Notes under the pieces: model-generated
Seen by the model: only the letters and a program-made list of their open reading frames with translations
The model's database searches: none
Told to the model about the DNA's origin: nothing
From: Thermoproteota archaeon
GTDB taxonomy: Archaea > Korarchaeota > JAOZGF01 > JAOZFZ01
Length of the DNA stretch: 62,419 nt
Assembly (NCBI GenBank): GCA_027492035.1
Contig: JAOZFT010000008.1
Coordinates: forward strand, 1-62,419
Reading direction: 5' to 3'
Shown here: piece after piece, positions 1-9,716 of the stretch
Position numbering within the stretch: the first letter of the stretch is position 1
Layout of the letters: every line of letters begins with the position of its first letter
Made by a program: the position numbers and the translations under genes

Positions 1-2
1 TA

Positions 3-392
3 GGAACAGTTATAAACCCTAAATTAGCTGAGGGACAAATCCACGGAGGATTTGCAATGGGTTTAAGCATGGCTTTACTTGAAGACACTGTTTACGACGC
101 TGAAACAGGGGATCTTCTTAACAAAGGATTTCTGACGGACTATAAAGTACCCACTGCCACTGAGCTACCTTCCATAGAAAACTTTAAAATATTTTTTGCC
201 CACACAAGCGAGCCAACAGGCCCTTTTGGGGCAAAAGGGTTAGGAGAAGGGGCAACAAACCCTGTAGCTGCAGCAGTAACAAATGCAATATATAACGCTA
301 TAGGAATTAGGTTTTATGAATTACCAATAACCCCTGAAAAAATAGTTGAGGCTTTAAAGAGGAAGGAGGGAGAAAACAATGGATATAAATAA
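3..392 (+). CDS. Xanthine dehydrogenase/CoxL-family molybdopterin-binding large subunit, C-terminal part (5' truncated by window)
   Basis: Frame is open from base 3: GTVINPKLAEGQIHGGFAMGL...DYKVPT...GPFGAKGLGE...NAIYNAIG..ELPITPEKI, the canonical C-terminus of Mo-hydroxylase large subunits. Confidence 0.93.
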   Translation, partial: GTVINPKLAEGQIHGGFAMGLSMALLEDTVYDAETGDLLNKGFLTDYKVPTATELPSIENFKIFFAHTSEPTGPFGAKGLGEGATNPVAAAVTNAIYNAIGIRFYELPITPEKIVEALKRKEGENNGYK

Positions 393-1284
393 GATTAACA
401 CAAGGATTTTACCTGTTAAGTTCCAATACTTAGCTCCAAAAACATTGGAGGAAGTTATTTCATTTCTTGCGGAACATGGCGAAGAAACAAAGGTTTTAGC
501 CGGGGGAACGGATTTATTGGTTAAAATGAAACAAAGGTTAATTGAACCAACCTACATCCTTAACATTAAAGAAATAAAAGAGTTGAGTTTCATCAAAAGT
601 AACGGAAACAGCTTAAACATAGGAGCAACTACTAAACTAAACGAATTAGAGAATTCAAGGATTATAAAGGAGAAATTCATTGCGTTACATGAAGCAGTAA
701 AGGCGATGGGATCTGTTCAAATCAGAAACATGGGCACTGTTGGCGGAAATCTTTGCAACGCTTCCCCAGCTGCAGATTTAGCGCCTCCACTTTTAGTGTT
801 AAACTCAAAAGTCAAAGCCGTTAGCACGGAAGGTGAAAGGGAGATTCCTCTGAACAAGTTCTTCCTTGGACCAGGTAAGACATCTCTAAAACCTAATGAG
901 CTATTGACTGAAATACAAATCCCTTACTTGCCGGAGGACACAGGCACTTCCTTCTTAAAAGTTGCCAGGACAAGCATGGACCTAGCCAAAGTTAATGTTG
1001 CAACAGTTTTGAAACTTAAAAACGGAAAGGTTGAAAATTGTAGAATAGCTTTAGGCTCTGTAGCCCCCACACCGTTAAGGGTTTGTGAAGCTGAAAAAGT
1101 TTTGCTGAATTCTGAATTCACAGCTGAAAAAGTTGAAGAAACAGCTGAAAAGGCAAGTCAAGAGATAAAGCCAATAACTGATGTTAGGTCGACAGCTGAA
1201 TACAGGAAAGAAGTTTCAAAAATTTTGGTTAGGAGAGCTTTACAGAAAGCATATGAAAGAATAAAGGTGAGGGAATGTGGGTAA
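379..1284 (+). CDS. Mo-hydroxylase FAD-binding medium subunit (CoxM/XdhB-like)
   Basis: LAGGTDLLV, QIRNMGTVGGNLCNASPAAD and DVRSTAEYR motifs; overlaps the upstream large subunit. Confidence 0.94.
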   Translation: MDINKINTRILPVKFQYLAPKTLEEVISFLAEHGEETKVLAGGTDLLVKMKQRLIEPTYILNIKEIKELSFIKSNGNSLNIGATTKLNELENSRIIKEKFIALHEAVKAMGSVQIRNMGTVGGNLCNASPAADLAPPLLVLNSKVKAVSTEGEREIPLNKFFLGPGKTSLKPNELLTEIQIPYLPEDTGTSFLKVARTSMDLAKVNVATVLKLKNGKVENCRIALGSVAPTPLRVCEAEKVLLNSEFTAEKVEETAEKASQEIKPITDVRSTAEYRKEVSKILVRRALQKAYERIKVRECG

Positions 1285-1750
1285 AAAAATCAGTTTCATC
1301 CTTAATGGAGTGAAGAGGGAAGTTTATGTTGAACCAAATGAGTTACTACTAAACGTTTTAAGAGAAAAAATGGGGTTGACAGGAACTAAGTATGGTTGCG
1401 GAATAGGGGAATGCGGCGCATGCACAGTGCTTTTAAACGGAAACCCTGTGTTGTCCTGTTTAACTTTAGCCATGGATGTAGATGGGAAAGAGCTTGTAAC
1501 AATTGAAGGATTAGCTCAAGAAGAGCTTCAAATAATTCAGAGAACCTTTTTAGAGGAAGGAGCTGTTCAATGTGGCTTTTGCACACCTGGAATCATAATA
1601 ATGGCAAAATCGCTTCTGAAAAACAAAACAAACCCTACAGAAGAGGAGATAAGGGAGTATTTGAAAGGTAACCTTTGCAGATGCACAGGGTATGTGAATA
1701 TAGTGAAATCTATAAAGAGGGCTGCTGGAAAGGCTTGTAAAAAATGTTAA
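1277..1750 (+). CDS. Mo-hydroxylase (2Fe-2S) small subunit (CoxS/XdhC-like)
   Basis: GCGIGECGACTV, QCGFCTPG and GNLCRCTGY motifs. Confidence 0.95.
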   Translation: MGKKISFILNGVKREVYVEPNELLLNVLREKMGLTGTKYGCGIGECGACTVLLNGNPVLSCLTLAMDVDGKELVTIEGLAQEELQIIQRTFLEEGAVQCGFCTPGIIIMAKSLLKNKTNPTEEEIREYLKGNLCRCTGYVNIVKSIKRAAGKACKKC

Positions 1751-2976
1751 AGTCCTGAAGCGGCTGAGTTAATAGCCCACTCAATCTGTTTAGACAGTAT
1801 TTCAGGCAATCCTTCCACTTTTACTTTCATGAAGCCTCTTACAAGAACTGAAGCTGCTTCTTTCCTTGTTAAACCCTTCGAAGTTAAATAGAATATTTCA
1901 TCTTCTTTGAGTTTCCCAACTGCCGCTTCGTGGGTTAATTCCACGTCGTCACTTTCAGACCTTAAAACAGGGATTGTGGATATTTTAGAGTTTTTTGAAA
2001 GCATTAAACCGTTACATTCAATATGTCCCTTGGTTTTAGGTGATTTAGCTATTATTTCACCCCTAGTTACTACTTCAGCTTCATCTTTTGTTATCACTCT
2101 TGAAATTATTTCTGCAGATGTTCCTTCTGCCTCTAAAAAAACTGTCCCGCCAACGTCCATGTTCGATTTTTTCTTGGATACAATAACCGAAGATAGATGC
2201 ACCTTAGCGTTTCTTCCCTTCAGAAAAATTTCAGGTGCTGTTTGAAGAGATGAAACAGGTGTTAAATTGATGTAGTGAATAATTAATTGTCCATTTTCTT
2301 CAACTAAAGCTCCTGTACGGGGTCTAACATGTGTTTCAGGGTTCCATGAGTGAATCATGGTGTAAGTTACTTTAGCCCTCCTTTTAACATAGATTTCAGT
2401 TACTCCAGCATGTAACCCTACTGACTCAGGCATAACTAAACAACCTGTAATGACATGAATTTCAGAGTTTTCTTCTGCAATAATCATGTTGTGAGGAGCC
2501 TGTACCGAGTTTGGAGAGGACATAAAGAAACAAGTCTGGACTGGGTACTTAATTCTTTCACCCTGCAAAGCTATGTTTACGTAACCTGCCTTACCTTTCA
2601 AAGCAGCAACTGCAGTATACTTATCTTTGTCGACAGGAACCAGTTTGTGGAAGTAATCTTTTATTACCCCCTCCTGGAAAGCTTTGTTTAAAGAAAGAAC
2701 TTTTAGTCCTGGTTGGGAAGAAGAAGCTTTACCAACTATTTCATCCAGTTGATAATAAGTGCCTGACCTCTTTTTTTCCTCTAGGTCTACACCTACCTTT
2801 TCCAGTAGATTTCTACTTCCTTGAAGTAATTTTAAAGGTTTATTAACAGGTTTCGGTGACTGAAAAACTGAAACATCTAGGTCTAAACCATATTTTGCGG
2901 GTTTATTTAAGGCTTTCTCAGCTTTTCTTCTAAATCCTTCAACACTTGTAGTATTCACATTTAACACATTCTTCAA
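1747..2976 (-). CDS. sufB: SufB/SufD-family Fe-S cluster assembly scaffold (SmsB-type)
   Basis: GHIECNGLML, LTHEAAVGKL..DEIFYL..KGL...EA...LVRGF motifs; coupled to sufC. Exact start uncertain. Confidence 0.92.
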   Translation of the reverse strand: MKNVLNVNTTSVEGFRRKAEKALNKPAKYGLDLDVSVFQSPKPVNKPLKLLQGSRNLLEKVGVDLEEKKRSGTYYQLDEIVGKASSSQPGLKVLSLNKAFQEGVIKDYFHKLVPVDKDKYTAVAALKGKAGYVNIALQGERIKYPVQTCFFMSSPNSVQAPHNMIIAEENSEIHVITGCLVMPESVGLHAGVTEIYVKRRAKVTYTMIHSWNPETHVRPRTGALVEENGQLIIHYINLTPVSSLQTAPEIFLKGRNAKVHLSSVIVSKKKSNMDVGGTVFLEAEGTSAEIISRVITKDEAEVVTRGEIIAKSPKTKGHIECNGLMLSKNSKISTIPVLRSESDDVELTHEAAVGKLKEDEIFYLTSKGLTRKEAASVLVRGFMKVKVEGLPEILSKQIEWAINSAASGL

Positions 2977-3694
2977 ACCCCTTTTTCCGTATATTTTTCA
3001 ATATTATTTCCGGGTTTCCGTAACATTTTACTGTGCCTTTTAACATTACATAGGCTCTATTTGCTTCAATGTAGTCAGCAATATATCCCGTATGAGTCAC
3101 TACTATTGCAGAATTTTTCCTGCGTTTCCCATCTAAATTTAAAAGTTTTCTAAGCATTTTCCCAATCAAGGAAATGTTTTCAACGTCTACACCTGAGTCT
3201 GGTTCATCAATCAATGCTAGCTTAGGTTTTTTAACGAATAGAAGGAACAATTCAGCTTTTTTCATTTCTCCACCGCTAAAACCTACATTTAAGTCACGTT
3301 TCAGTAAATGGTTTACTCCCATTTCATTAATTACTTCTTCCAGCTTTTCAAAGCCTCTTCCAGACTTAGAAATTACGAGTTTAATAAGTTCTTGAAAAGT
3401 AACCCCCTTTATTTTTGGAGGAATTTGAAAAGCTGCAGAAATCCCCTTAGAGACTCTTTTCTCAGGTGAAAGAGCTGTTATGTCTTCATTGTTGAAGAAA
3501 ATTTTCCCCCTAACCACTTTATATTTAGGGTTTCCGATTATGGTTTGGATAAGTGAGGATTTACCTGAACCGTTTGGTCCAAGTAGAAGTATTCTTTCAC
3601 CAACTCCTATACTCAAATTCACGTTTTTCAATACTTTTTTTCCATCAACTTCAACACTTAGATCCATTACTCTTAAGAGAGCCAATTCAAACAC
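2939..3694 (-). CDS. sufC: SufC-family ABC ATPase (SmsC-type, C-terminal CxxC)
   Basis: Walker A GPNGSGKS, RDLNVGFSGGEMKK, DEPDSGVD; C-terminal ECVKC as in archaeal SufC/SmsC. Confidence 0.93.
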   Translation of the reverse strand: MFELALLRVMDLSVEVDGKKVLKNVNLSIGVGERILLLGPNGSGKSSLIQTIIGNPKYKVVRGKIFFNNEDITALSPEKRVSKGISAAFQIPPKIKGVTFQELIKLVISKSGRGFEKLEEVINEMGVNHLLKRDLNVGFSGGEMKKAELFLLFVKKPKLALIDEPDSGVDVENISLIGKMLRKLLNLDGKRRKNSAIVVTHTGYIADYIEANRAYVMLKGTVKCYGNPEIILKNIRKKGFEECVKCEYYKC

Positions 3695-4100
3695 CTACGA
3701 TTTTGCAGAAAACATAAAGAAATTTTTCATGGGAAACTGCGGAAATACCTAGAATTTTTCCGAACGTTTTCCATCTATATAAGTTGGTTATAAAAATTTA
3801 TAGAAAGAGATTTATGGGGGGAAGCAGAAATTTATTGTTTAAAAATTTTTAGGGTGAAAGTAAACCTTTTTTCAGCACCCCATGACATATAGAAAAAGTT
3901 TTGCAGCCGCCTGAGAACTTTGGACAACTACCAAAAATTTCCATCATTGAGCAAGGATTTGCCATCTTAACCGCTGTTCATCTTTCTCTCAAAAGCGATT
4001 CTAGCTTTAATGCATTAAAAATTTAAAAAGGGGAGAGATGCTTGTAGAGAAAACTGATACTATTAATTTCTTCACAACTTAAAAGGAAAGGATGATATAA

Positions 4101-5501
4101 ATGGCAATAAAAGAGAGGAACTGGTTTAAAACAAGAAAGGGGGTTATTTTGTCCTTGGTTTTAATTGTTGCTGTCCTTGCTTCATTAATCATTTTCTTTT
4201 ACACTTACTCGAAACCCCGTGAAGGAATTCAAGTAAATCCCTCTTACACCGTGTCTACTGTCCAGGGAGGATATGTGTTTATTGATTTAAGTATTATAGC
4301 GCCCCAAAACCAGCCACTTAAAAACGTTAACGTCACAGTTACCGACAAACCAGAGAATTGGAACGTAACACAAGTTAAACCAAGTTTCTTTAAGGAGATA
4401 ACTCGCAGCAACGTTTCAAATATTGCACTTTTAGTTTCTAGAAACGCGACACTAGGCATTCAAAACGTTTCAATAAAAGTTTCGGGATTTATTGGAAGTA
4501 AACTCGCAAGTAAATCCTTGATTTTCGAAATAAAGGTGAACCCATTAAGTTTTAGTGAAAAATATGTAAGTGGAGTAGAGCTTCTTCTACCTTCGAAATG
4601 GAAAATAGATAGTTTTGGGAATGTGTTAAAAGGATATTTAGTGTCTTACGGAAGCCAAAATCTACCACTATATTACAAATTGGAATGGGAACCCCTTGAT
4701 AAGTTAGGGAACCTTTCTTTAAAGGAGTATGCAGTAAGGAAAGTTATTGAGGGAAAATACCAAGTGGTAAGTTCCGAAAACGTAAATGTAAGTAAACACT
4801 CAGCCATAAGGCTTTTCTTTAAAAGGAAGGGTAAAATAGGAATTCTTGATTTCTGGTTTTCACAAGTTACAGACAGAGCTTATAAAATGGAGGTAACAAC
4901 CCTTTACACATATAAAACCTACTTACCTTTACAAATTACTCCCTGGCTTCCTTATTTTGAAACAGTTACGGATTACAGTTACTACAGAAACAAAGCCTCA
5001 AACTACTCCTTATTCGTTCCACTTTACTGGAACACTACCCTTGAAGAAAGAACAACGATGAAAGAAACTAACTTGTCAACCCTTTTCACTTATGAAGACA
5101 GAGTTGGAGGAGTTATTGAAGAATTTTATGTTCATGAAATGGATAATGTAAAATTTGAAGTAGGGATCCTTCCTCCCAAAATTAATCAAACAAATATTTT
5201 TGAGGACTGGAGTGGAAAACTTTCTTATCAATTAACTCAACAAGGTTATAAAATAGAGGAAGTTACAGACATAAAAACTTCAGAAACAAAATGGCGTTCC
5301 CCTGTAATTTGGAGAGGCTTCACGATGAAAAAGGGAGATATAGAGACAGTTTATATAATGTTTACAGTTTACAGCCTCAACAACGGCCACCCTTATTACG
5401 GTTATTTAAATCTTTACTCTGAACTTGAAAACATGAGAAATCAGGCTTTTTATTTATTCAACAAGGTGATTTATTCATTTGAGACTCAACCCCGCACTTA
5501 A
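4101..5501 (+). CDS. Membrane-anchored extracellular protein: N-terminal TM, Ig-like domain, two possible PsbP/DcrB-like domains
   Basis: Basic N-terminus plus hydrophobic helix; beta-rich segment with N-x-S/T sequons; two segments starting LLLPSKWK and YSLFVPLYWN. Confidence 0.7.
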   Translation: MAIKERNWFKTRKGVILSLVLIVAVLASLIIFFYTYSKPREGIQVNPSYTVSTVQGGYVFIDLSIIAPQNQPLKNVNVTVTDKPENWNVTQVKPSFFKEITRSNVSNIALLVSRNATLGIQNVSIKVSGFIGSKLASKSLIFEIKVNPLSFSEKYVSGVELLLPSKWKIDSFGNVLKGYLVSYGSQNLPLYYKLEWEPLDKLGNLSLKEYAVRKVIEGKYQVVSSENVNVSKHSAIRLFFKRKGKIGILDFWFSQVTDRAYKMEVTTLYTYKTYLPLQITPWLPYFETVTDYSYYRNKASNYSLFVPLYWNTTLEERTTMKETNLSTLFTYEDRVGGVIEEFYVHEMDNVKFEVGILPPKINQTNIFEDWSGKLSYQLTQQGYKIEEVTDIKTSETKWRSPVIWRGFTMKKGDIETVYIMFTVYSLNNGHPYYGYLNLYSELENMRNQAFYLFNKVIYSFETQPRT

Positions 5502-5549
5502 TTACTTTCCTCTCCTTTTCAAAAAACTATGGACAAACAGTTTCTAAGC

Positions 5550-5798
5550 TTATTTTATAGCTATGCAGCTGATGGTTTCAATTACACCGGGGAGCTGTCT
5601 AAGACGGAAAATTACTTCACGGAAGTCAGCTAACTTTTCTGTGTCTACACATAAAATCACATCGTAGGGTCCTGTGAATTCGTAAATGAAGGGTTCACCC
5701 TTTATTTCAAGTATGCTTCGCCCCAGTATCTCTTTAGCATTTTTAATTACGTCTACTTCCTTTCCAGGAATTGTTTTGATAAGTATTAATGATAACAA
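5550..5798 (-). CDS. Stand-alone Lrp/AsnC ligand-binding (RAM) domain protein
   Basis: LILIKTIPGKE...FTGPYDVIL...LRQLPGVIETIS pattern; no HTH. Confidence 0.85.
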   Translation of the reverse strand: MLSLILIKTIPGKEVDVIKNAKEILGRSILEIKGEPFIYEFTGPYDVILCVDTEKLADFREVIFRLRQLPGVIETISCIAIK

Positions 5799-6279
5799 AT
5801 TTCATCCCCTTCAAACTTACTTTAAAATTTCTTTTTCCCTTTACCTGTCTATCTAAAAATTTTGTGTTACAGGAACCCTTTTATTTAAAAATTAACTTTG
5901 CGCATGCAAAATTCCGTGTTTTTGTTTTTTTTAAAAGGAATAGGAAAAGAAGCCCCTTACATTTTTAACAAACGTTACTAGAAACCTGTTTCTGCAGGAA
6001 CCGAAAGTTTCTGTTTTGAAATTTAATTTATGTTATTAGAAAGATGAAAGAACAGTAACCAATAAAATTTTTTTAATTTTTTTCCAAAAAAATAAGAGAA
6101 GGATCTGTTTTCAAATTTTTTTTTAAAAGAATAACGAAAAAACTTGTTTTTTCGAGTATTTCTTGAATAAAGGTTATTTATAAAGGAAGAGAACGAGGCA
6201 ATACATAAGGAAACTGAAAAATTTCTTCAGTATTCCATGGAAAGAATCTCTTGTTTAGGTTTCTGGAAGGTGTTGAATT

Positions 6280-7620
6280 TTGAGTCAGATGAAGAGAAAG
6301 GTTATTTTACTCGGTGCAGCTGGGAGAGACTTTCATAATTTCAACATGTTCTTTCGTGGAAACCCTAACTATGAAGTGGTTTGTTTCACAGCTACGCAGA
6401 TTCCTTTTATAACTGGTAGAAAGTATCCTCCTGAACTTTCAGGCCCCCTATACCCAAAAGGGGTACCTATTTTTGATGAAAGAGATTTACCTAAACTTAT
6501 AAAAAAGTTCGATGTAGAGCTTGTGGTTTTCAGTTACAGTGACGTCTCAAACCAGTACGTAATGGAAAGAGCAGCTATTGCAATGGCTAACGGAGCAAGT
6601 TACATGTTACTTGGCCCAAAAGACACTATGCTTAAATCAAACAAGCCAGTAATTTCAGTCTGCGCTGTAAGGACAGGTTCTGGAAAAAGTCCAACAACAA
6701 GAAAAATAGGGAAATACTTACTAAGTAAAGGAATAAAAGTAGCAGTGATTCGGCATCCGATGCCCTACGGCAATTTATCAGAACAGATAATGGAGAAGTT
6801 TGAAACTGTTGATGACTTAGACAGGTACAAATGTACAGTTGAGGAAAGGGAGGATTATGAGCATTTAATAAAGGCAGGGTTACCTGTTTACGCCGGGGTA
6901 GATTATGAAAAAATACTCCGTACAGCTGAAAAAGACGCAGAAATAATTATTTGGGATGGCGGCAACAACGATTACCCCTTCATAAAACCTGACTTAAGCA
7001 TAGTAGTCACAGACCCCCACCGAGCAGGACATGAATTAACTTACTACCCAGGAAACGTTAACTTCCTTATGGCCGACGTAATAATAATCAATAAAGTTGA
7101 CACTGCTGAAAAAGAAAAAATTGAACTTTTGCGAAAACACATTAAGCAATTTAACCCTAGGGCAATGGTGATTGAGACAACTTGCCCTGTAACAACAAAC
7201 AAACCTGAACTAATAAAAAATAAGAGGGTGGTTGTGGTGGAGGATGGCCCAACAGTTACTCATGGGGGAATGAAAATAGGGGCAGGGTATTTGGCTGCTG
7301 AAAAATATGGTGCAAAAGAAATAGTTGACCCCAGACCATTTGCAGTGGGAACCATAAAGGAAACCTATAAGAAGTATCCTCATTTAGAAAAGGTTTTACC
7401 TGCAATGGGTTACAGTAAAAAACAAATAAATGAGTTAGAGCAAACACTTAACAAAGCTGACTGCGACACAGTGGTTACTGGCACTCCCATAGATTTAAGT
7501 TTAATCATAAAAATAAATAAACCTATAGTCCATGTTGTTTACGGAATAAAGGAGGTTAGGGAAGGAGAACTTACCAGGATAATCGATGAGTTCTTAGATA
7601 AAAAACAAATAAGAAAATAA
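6280..7620 (+). CDS. arcE: Arginine synthetase ArcE-like protein (COG2403 'predicted GTPase'/cDPG-synthetase-like family)
   Basis: GAAGRDFHNFN, FTATQIP, AVRTGSGKS P-loop, RHPMPYG, WDGGNND, EDGPTVTHGGM, LPAMGY; matches my recollection of the Thermococcus kodakarensis ArcE family. Confidence 0.8.
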   Translation: MSQMKRKVILLGAAGRDFHNFNMFFRGNPNYEVVCFTATQIPFITGRKYPPELSGPLYPKGVPIFDERDLPKLIKKFDVELVVFSYSDVSNQYVMERAAIAMANGASYMLLGPKDTMLKSNKPVISVCAVRTGSGKSPTTRKIGKYLLSKGIKVAVIRHPMPYGNLSEQIMEKFETVDDLDRYKCTVEEREDYEHLIKAGLPVYAGVDYEKILRTAEKDAEIIIWDGGNNDYPFIKPDLSIVVTDPHRAGHELTYYPGNVNFLMADVIIINKVDTAEKEKIELLRKHIKQFNPRAMVIETTCPVTTNKPELIKNKRVVVVEDGPTVTHGGMKIGAGYLAAEKYGAKEIVDPRPFAVGTIKETYKKYPHLEKVLPAMGYSKKQINELEQTLNKADCDTVVTGTPIDLSLIIKINKPIVHVVYGIKEVREGELTRIIDEFLDKKQIRK

Positions 7621-7773
7621 ATTTCTACAACAAGAAGTAGGCTCCCTCCTCCATCACCAAAAGGGAAGTAAATATTTTAAAAGTTAAAAAATTTTTTAAA
7701 AACTTAGAAGAGAATACCTTTAAATTTTTTAGAAAAAAAGGGAAAGTTGTCATGTTGAACGAGGGTGTAAAAA

Positions 7774-8079
7774 ATGCCAAGTTACGCAATCAAAAAGATA
7801 GGTTTGTTCTCTGTGTTTAAATTCGGTTTAGTTTATGGGATAATTGTAGGTATAATTACAGCTGCTTTAACAGCGCTTTTCATTTCCTTCACACCAATTC
7901 CGCCAACTGCAAGGCCATTCATTAGAAACTTGCCTTTCAGTACAGCTTATGGCATAATAGGCAGTTTAATCATGGGAGTAATTTATGGAATAGTTTCGGC
8001 AATAGGGCTCGTTATTGCTGCTGCCATTTACAACTTAATAGCGGCATTAACTAAGGGGATAGAGATAGAGTTAGAATAA
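7774..8079 (+). CDS. Small two-TM membrane protein (DUF3566-like)
   Basis: IKKIG..SVFK...; two hydrophobic helices; C-terminal YNLIA...GIEIELE. Confidence 0.7.
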   Translation: MPSYAIKKIGLFSVFKFGLVYGIIVGIITAALTALFISFTPIPPTARPFIRNLPFSTAYGIIGSLIMGVIYGIVSAIGLVIAAAIYNLIAALTKGIEIELE

Positions 8080-8122
8080 GGAAAACCGTTTCTTCCCCCT
8101 TCTTTCTCAAGAAGAAAAGTGA

Positions 8123-8596
8123 GTGAAAGTGTCCATTATTAATCCAGAGGATGTATTAAAAGAAATCGGTTTAGAACTGCCTGAAACAGCGAAACCCGTA
8201 GGGTCTTACACATTAGCTGTGAAAACAGGCAACTTGGTTTTTGTTTCAGGGCAGTTACCCTTCTCACAGGGGAGACTGAAGTTTAAAGGCAAAGTTGGGA
8301 AAGAAGTATCTCTAGAGGAGGGGTGCAAAGCAGCTGAAACATGTGCATTAAACATTTTGTCTGCTGTCAAATGGTTAATAAGTGATTTAAGAAAGGTTTC
8401 TAGGGTTGTTCAATTGGTAGGTTACATAAACAGTAGTGAGGAATTCACTGACCAATCTAAAGTTTTGAACTGTGCATCTAACCTGTTTAAAAAAGTTTTC
8501 GGTGAAAAAGGAGTTCATTCAAGGGTAGCTGTTGGAGTGAATACACTACCCCTGAATGCACCTTTAGAATTGTCTGCAATATTTGAAGTGAAGTAA
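8123..8596 (+). CDS. RidA/YjgF-family (Rid1-like) protein
   Basis: PVGSY, FVSGQLP, GVHSRVAVGV..LPLNAPLEL. Confidence 0.9.
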   Translation: MKVSIINPEDVLKEIGLELPETAKPVGSYTLAVKTGNLVFVSGQLPFSQGRLKFKGKVGKEVSLEEGCKAAETCALNILSAVKWLISDLRKVSRVVQLVGYINSSEEFTDQSKVLNCASNLFKKVFGEKGVHSRVAVGVNTLPLNAPLELSAIFEVK

Positions 8597-8622
8597 AAAT
8601 TTAATATGAGGAAAGGGGAGGC

Positions 8623-9429
8623 TTGCTCAACAACGCCTTAAATATTTGGAAAGAAATAATTGACTTCCTGAACAAATATTTCATAGAACCTATAATTTAC
8701 AGAAAAGGGGAATACAACATCTACAACACATTAACCTACTCAGTAACAGCTTTACTTTCACTTATACTCTTGTACCGTTTTTTGAAAGAGAAAATCGATT
8801 TCAACCTAAACTTTTTCCTTTCCTTAACCCCCTTCATTTTTTTAGGGAGCAGTTTAAGGGTTTTAGATGATGCTTCCTTGGTGAAAACTTGGCTCTTCGT
8901 CACTCCTATGATTTACATCCTTGTTTTCCTGATATGGTTCATTTCCCTTTACTTTTTCTGGTTGAAACTTGACAAACTGAATTTGCATGTCGCTTTCGGT
9001 TTTTCACTGCTTCTTTACCCGGTTTACTTCCTGAAACAGCTTAATCCACACCATTTAGGTTTGATACTTTATGTCTCCCTTCTTACCTTGCTCTTCATAG
9101 TTTTATTCTCTGTCCCACGTTTACTTTACAGAAAAGTTCTCTTAAACCCATCTGAATGGTTAACTCTTTTCTCCCAAACCTACGACGGCTTCATAACTTT
9201 CCTAGGTGTGACTTTTTACGGGTATTTGGAGGAACATGTTCTACCCCGCTTCATTTTCAATTACTTACCGACTTCAACCTTCATTTTTTTAAAAGCAGCA
9301 GTGACACTTGCAGTGATCTATTTTTTGAGAGAGTACGGTAAACAGGGAAAGTTTCTTCTTGCCGCAATATTCGTTCTTGGTTTAGCTACAGGCACGCGCA
9401 ACTTTCTTCGAATTTTATTTGCTGTGTAG
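8623..9429 (+). CDS. DUF63-family archaeal multi-pass membrane protein
   Basis: YNIYNTLTY, GSSLRVLDD, FVTP.IY, DG..TF.G, Y.EEHVLP, LGLATGTRN.LR. Confidence 0.85.
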   Translation: MLNNALNIWKEIIDFLNKYFIEPIIYRKGEYNIYNTLTYSVTALLSLILLYRFLKEKIDFNLNFFLSLTPFIFLGSSLRVLDDASLVKTWLFVTPMIYILVFLIWFISLYFFWLKLDKLNLHVAFGFSLLLYPVYFLKQLNPHHLGLILYVSLLTLLFIVLFSVPRLLYRKVLLNPSEWLTLFSQTYDGFITFLGVTFYGYLEEHVLPRFIFNYLPTSTFIFLKAAVTLAVIYFLREYGKQGKFLLAAIFVLGLATGTRNFLRILFAV

Positions 9430-9716
9430 ACCCTAAATACTTCATAAAGCCTTGAAAAAATAATTTAACAAGGGATAATGAATTATTCCGTTTCCTCAAA
9501 AAGAGAAAAAACAAGTAAATTGGTCAAAGGTTATTTAAAGACCGTAAAGACATCAAAGACAAGTTTCCACCTTTATAAGTTTAAATGTAACTCAAGAAAT
9601 ATAACTTAAACAGTTAAATATCGTAAAAAACTATAGAGACATAAGGGAATAAAAAGGTTTTCTTAAGAAAAGAGCTTTAATTTTATTTTCTTGGTTTAAA
9701 GGAAGGAGGTGTTTTA

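Noticed and set aside
3-1750. Calling the Mo-hydroxylase an aerobic CO dehydrogenase or nicotinate dehydrogenase
   Set aside because: The diagnostic active-site loop of the large subunit is outside the window, so the substrate cannot be assigned.
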